DNA of 64,000 nt, taken from assembly GCA_037146675.1 (NCBI GenBank), contig JBAWWR010000001.1:260-64259 (forward strand), given 5' to 3'. The position numbers were made by a program, and so were the translations under genes. Source of the DNA: Verrucomicrobiota bacterium. Its GTDB lineage: Bacteria > Verrucomicrobiota > Verrucomicrobiia > Palsa-1439. The number at the start of each line of letters is the position of its first letter. Within the stretch, counting starts at the first letter, position 1. This document shows positions 60,398 to 64,000 of the stretch, piece by piece. A model generated the notes under the pieces. It saw nothing but the letters and a program-made list of their open reading frames with translations, ran no database searches and was not told where the DNA came from.

Positions 60398-61470
60398 AAT
60401 TGACAGGTCAAGAGCGCGTCAACCGCATGTTCGAACGCCGCGACCACGATCGCGTGCCGCGCCACGACTCGTTTTGGGCTGAGACTGTTCAGCGCTGGCA
60501 GAAGGAAGGTCTGACTGGCGGCGCGCCGGCTGCGCTGGAGCGATTGCAAAACGATATTCACAGCTTGAACTGGCTCTGGCCGATGGCGTACCCGGGCCGC
60601 GAGGAAGTTGTGAGCATGGATGCGGAGACGCGCGTAGTGCGCGACGGCAACGGTCGGCTCGCGCGGTTTTGGAATAACAAGAGCGGCACACCGGAACACC
60701 TCGGCTTTGAGTGTGACTCGCGCGAGAAATGGGAGAAAACTTTCAAGCCCGCCTTGCTGTCAACCGGCTTGCAACTCGACCCGGCGGCGATTGCCAAGGA
60801 GTTCCGTAATGGCCGGGCCGGCGGCCGCTGGTGTCATCTAACCGGCGTCGAAGGATTTGAGGAAACTCGCTCGCTCATGGGCGACGAAATTACTTTGATG
60901 GCGATGGTTGAAGATCCTGACTGGGTGCGCGATGTCTCGCGGACATTCACTGATGTCATACTATTCAACCTGAATGCCGCCCTAGCGACTGGCATCGCTC
61001 CGGATGGCCTTTGGATCTACGGCGACATGGCGTTCAAGACTTCCACAATGTGTTCGCCGCAGATGTACCGTGACTTGATCTGGCCTGACCACAAACGTCT
61101 CGCCGATTGGGCGCACGCGCACAACATGAAATTCATCTATCACACCGATGGCGACGTCAACGGCGTGTTGGACATGTACGTCGCCGCCGGCTTCGATTGC
61201 CTACAACCGTTGGAATGCAAAGCCAGCATGGACCTGCGCCGGCTCGCGCCGCAGTACGGCGACCGGCTCGCATTCTTTGGCAATATCGATGTGATGGTCT
61301 TAATGACTAACGACCGTGCCCGCATTGAAGCCGAAGTCAAAGCCAAGCTCGCCGCCGGCATGGCGACCAAGGGTTACATCTATCATTCCGATCACTCTGT
61401 CCCACCGCAAGTGAGTTGGGAAACCTATCAGTTCATCATTTCACTTTTGAATAAATATGGCCGGTACTGA
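60394..61470 (+). CDS. UroD/MtaA-superfamily methyltransferase-like protein, paralog 5
   Basis: 358 aa. ATGA overlap with the previous gene. HTDG block (FIYHTDGDVNGVLDMYVAAGFDCLQPLE). Confidence 0.8.
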   Translation: MKLTGQERVNRMFERRDHDRVPRHDSFWAETVQRWQKEGLTGGAPAALERLQNDIHSLNWLWPMAYPGREEVVSMDAETRVVRDGNGRLARFWNNKSGTPEHLGFECDSREKWEKTFKPALLSTGLQLDPAAIAKEFRNGRAGGRWCHLTGVEGFEETRSLMGDEITLMAMVEDPDWVRDVSRTFTDVILFNLNAALATGIAPDGLWIYGDMAFKTSTMCSPQMYRDLIWPDHKRLADWAHAHNMKFIYHTDGDVNGVLDMYVAAGFDCLQPLECKASMDLRRLAPQYGDRLAFFGNIDVMVLMTNDRARIEAEVKAKLAAGMATKGYIYHSDHSVPPQVSWETYQFIISLLNKYGRY

Positions 61471-62551
61471 ACCAACCCTCGCTTGGAAACCAGATTGGGG
61501 CGTGGCACGCGCCGCACTGACCGGCTGGTGGGAACACCGGGCGTTGGCGTTGCATGTCACTGCGCCGAAAGATCAGCCGTGGGAAAACATCCCCCACCCC
61601 GGTCAACCACGAGATCTCCAGCAACAATGGGCAGATGTTCCGCATTGGGTGGCCCGCAACATGGCTGAGGCCGCGCGCATATTTTACGGTGGCGTAGCTT
61701 TCCCGCGGTTATGGGCCGACATCGGCGGGCCCGGCAGCCTCGGCTTATTTCTCGGCGCGAAAGGCGTGCTCGCTCCGAGTACCGTCTGGTACGAGCCGGT
61801 TATTCACGAACCCGAATCATTCCCGGTATTGCGGCTCGACAAAACCTGCGACTGGTGGCGCCGGCACTTCGCGCTCATCGAACTCGCTCAACAACAGGCG
61901 CGCGGCCGGTATCTCGTCGGTTTCCCTGACCTGATCGAGAACGTTGATACGCTTGCCCAGCTGCGCGACGGCCAATTATTGCTGACGGATTTACTCGAGC
62001 GCCCGGCCTGGGTGCAGGCGAAGCTCGCGGAAATCAACACCGCCTTCTTCGAGTGCTACGATGCGTTTTGGCAAAAGCTCCGTGATCCGTGGGGCGGTTC
62101 AGCCTGGGACGCGTTTGAACTCTGGGGCCCCGGTAAGATTGCCAAGCTGCAATGTGATTTTTCCTGCATGATTTCCGAACAGATGTTCCGCGAGTTCGTC
62201 GTTCCCGGCCTGACCGAGCAATGCGAGTGGCTGGACTATTCGCTCTACCACCTCGACGGGACCAACGCTGTTCACCAACTAAACGCCTTGCTGGAAATCG
62301 AAGCGCTCGATGCCATTGAATGGACGCCGCAAGCCGGTCTGCCCGGCGGCGGTACGCCACAATGGTATGATCTCTACCGGCGCATCAAAGCCGCCGGTAA
62401 GAGCGTCCAGGCCGTTGGTGTCCAACCAGAAGAAGTTATGCCGCTTATTGACGCTGTCGGTGCCGAAGGTTTGTTCATCTGGGTCAACGCGTCGACCGAA
62501 ACAGTCGCGCGTGCCCTGCTCCACCGGACCGGCTGGCAAGGTGATGTCTGA
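61457..62551 (+). CDS. UroD/MtaA-superfamily-like protein, divergent subgroup, paralog 6
   Basis: 364 aa. HLDG block (SLYHLDGTNAVHQLNALLEIEALDAIEW). Homologous to 57235..58347. Confidence 0.7.
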   Translation: MAGTEPTLAWKPDWGVARAALTGWWEHRALALHVTAPKDQPWENIPHPGQPRDLQQQWADVPHWVARNMAEAARIFYGGVAFPRLWADIGGPGSLGLFLGAKGVLAPSTVWYEPVIHEPESFPVLRLDKTCDWWRRHFALIELAQQQARGRYLVGFPDLIENVDTLAQLRDGQLLLTDLLERPAWVQAKLAEINTAFFECYDAFWQKLRDPWGGSAWDAFELWGPGKIAKLQCDFSCMISEQMFREFVVPGLTEQCEWLDYSLYHLDGTNAVHQLNALLEIEALDAIEWTPQAGLPGGGTPQWYDLYRRIKAAGKSVQAVGVQPEEVMPLIDAVGAEGLFIWVNASTETVARALLHRTGWQGDV

Positions 62552-62743
62552 CCTCGCAACCGTTGGGTTTCGTCAGCAAGCATTAGTTAAAGCCAACGCC
62601 GAACTGACCAAACTAAAATGCGGCATTATATGTTCACCAGACTTAGTGTGATATTTTTACTTGGGTTACTGACACCGTTCCACCCCGGCTTCGGTCAAGA
62701 ACCACCAATGCCGCTGGGCACACCGACGGAGCCACAAGACTAG

Positions 62744-64000
62744 TGGCCGACGCAGCCGAGCAAGCTTCCATTTGTTCACACGCTGTTTACCAGCGACATG
62801 GTACTGCAACGTGACGTCGCCGATCCGATCTGGGGCTGGAGCAGACCGGGTGATCAGATTACGGTCACCGTTCAGCATTCCAAGGGACCCGGCGAGACCG
62901 CGACGGCCGTGGCCGGCGCGGACGGCAAATGGGTGACGAAGATCGGCCCGTTGCCGGCGGGTGGGCCAGTATCGCTCGCCATTCAAGGGGCCACGCAGAA
63001 GGTTGTGTTGACGAATGTGCTGGTGGGCGATGTCTGGCTGTGTGCAGGCCAATCGAACATGCTCATCCCGGTGCGCACGGCGGCCAACGCCGAGGATGAA
63101 ATTAAGCAGGGCAACCATCCGGAAATCCGCTCGTTCACCGTGGGCTTCTGGCCGTCGTTAGTGCCGGTGGCGGTTCCATTACCGTCGGTCTGGGACGTCT
63201 GTACCCCGGCCAAGGTGGGCGCATTCAGTGCCGTCGGTTACTACTTCGCGCGCGAAATCAACCAGGTCGAGAAGATCCCGATCGGCATCATCCACAGCTC
63301 CGTCGGCGCGACCACAGCCGAGGTTTGGATCAGCGGCGACGGGCTGCGCAAGCACATGCCCCATGACTTTCACGCGCCGCTTGACCGGCTGGCCAAGGAG
63401 AGCGGTGAGCCGGGCCGTGATTATTTCCAAGACGTTGAGAACTGGGCCGCGACCGTCGACCAGGCCAGCGCCCAGCAGTATTACACCTCCGCGACCACCG
63501 TGAACACGAACGACTGGCAGAACCTCCCGGTGCCGAAGCCGTGGAAAGAAGCCGGGCTGACCAACTTCAACGGGCTGGTCTGGTTCCGCACCTCCGTCGA
63601 GATTCCGGACGCTATGGCTGGGAAGCCAGTGATCATCTCCCTGTCGCAAATCGCCAGCACCGACATTACTTGGTTTAACGGCCGGCTGGTGGGCGTCACG
63701 CAAATCAGTGGCCGGCACCGCAAGTACCAGATTGACGGTGAATGGGTGAAGCCCGGCAAGAACCTGCTGGTCGTGGCCGTGGTCAGCTCGAATGCGTCCG
63801 CCGGCTTCTTTGGCGCGGGCCAGAATATGACCGTGCGTTCCACGACCGAAGACAAGAGCATCCCGCTTGCCGGGACGTGGCAGGTCAAACCGGGAACAGC
63901 CATGAAAGACATCACTCTGCCTTTCCCCCGGCCGCAACTGGGCTATTACAAAACCATTACCGGCCTGTACAACGGGATGATCGGGCCGCTGGCGCCCTTT
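62744..64000 (+). CDS. sialate O-acetylesterase-like (SASA/DUF303 SGNH-type carbohydrate esterase), partial at the window end, preceded in frame by a TAG
   Basis: FTSDMVLQRD N-terminus and GDVWLCAGQSNM catalytic Ser motif. An in-frame upstream segment 62630..62740 encodes a signal-peptide-like MFTRLSVIFLLGLLTPFHPGFGQ, but it is separated from the mature region by TAG at 62741-62743. Confidence 0.7.

Noticed and set aside
15726-62743. Possibility that the two in-frame TAG codons reflect pyrrolysine or other amber recoding, which is tempting given the neighbouring corrinoid methyltransferase system.
   Set aside because: TAG is the ordinary terminator of infB (6327-6329), ribF (3333-3335) and the ABC transporter (26448-26450), with no homologous extension beyond it. 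No MttB/MtbB/MtmB-type (Pyl-containing) methyltransferase and no pyl genes are in the window.
62666-63118. 150-aa minus-strand ORF.
   Set aside because: It is antisense to the SASA-family esterase gene and has an Arg-rich artefactual composition.
1-64000. CRISPR arrays, rRNA genes, IS elements or integrases (including next to the two tRNA genes).
   Set aside because: No repeat-spacer periodicity, no transposase or integrase-like ORFs, and no rRNA-like segments were seen. Both tRNAs sit in ordinary housekeeping contexts.

Overview
High-GC (about 60 percent) bacterial chromosomal window, densely coding on both strands, with no CRISPR array, rRNA, or recognisable mobile element. The gene repertoire resembles a polysaccharide-degrading PVC-type (Verrucomicrobia-like) genome, but the phylum cannot be proven from sequence alone. 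The repertoire includes GH57, a sialate O-acetylesterase-like gene, DUF1015, system II cytochrome c biogenesis, and large polytopic membrane proteins. Conserved core content: a PAS/GAF sensor (truncated at the window start), tRNA-His, mutL, the nusA-infB-rbfA-nrnA-truB-ribF operon, a lipoprotein-ccsB-ccsA operon, cstA, a ClC/CBS/TrkA-C channel, an MsbA-like ABC exporter, two NUDIX genes flanking a CE4 deacetylase, an MFS transporter, sppA, trpG, prfB with the canonical +1 programmed frameshift, trpC/F/B, yicC, gmk, split coaC/coaB, DUF1015, yceI, tRNA-Pro, a galT-like gene, GH57, pgi, trxB, a dimeric dUTPase-like gene, larC, a Trm112-like gene, a GT2 glycosyltransferase and an Fe/Mn SOD. The standout is a divergently AraC-regulated locus (54.6-62.6 kb): one B12-binding corrinoid protein followed by six tandem, translationally coupled UroD/MtaA-superfamily paralogs in two sequence subgroups. 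A DUF1638 gene fused by a 4-nt overlap to a RACo-type corrinoid reductive activator ([2Fe-2S] ferredoxin plus ASKHA ATPase) lies about 11 kb upstream. Together these look like a corrinoid-dependent methyl-transfer or (de)methylation system of unknown substrate, and no pterin-binding (MtrH-like) partner is present in the window. Two otherwise intact genes are each interrupted by a single in-frame TAG: a membrane polyamine-aminopropyltransferase-like gene and a SASA-family esterase. TAG is a normal stop elsewhere in the window (infB, ribF, the ABC transporter), so these are pseudogenes, assembly errors or readthrough candidates rather than recoding.
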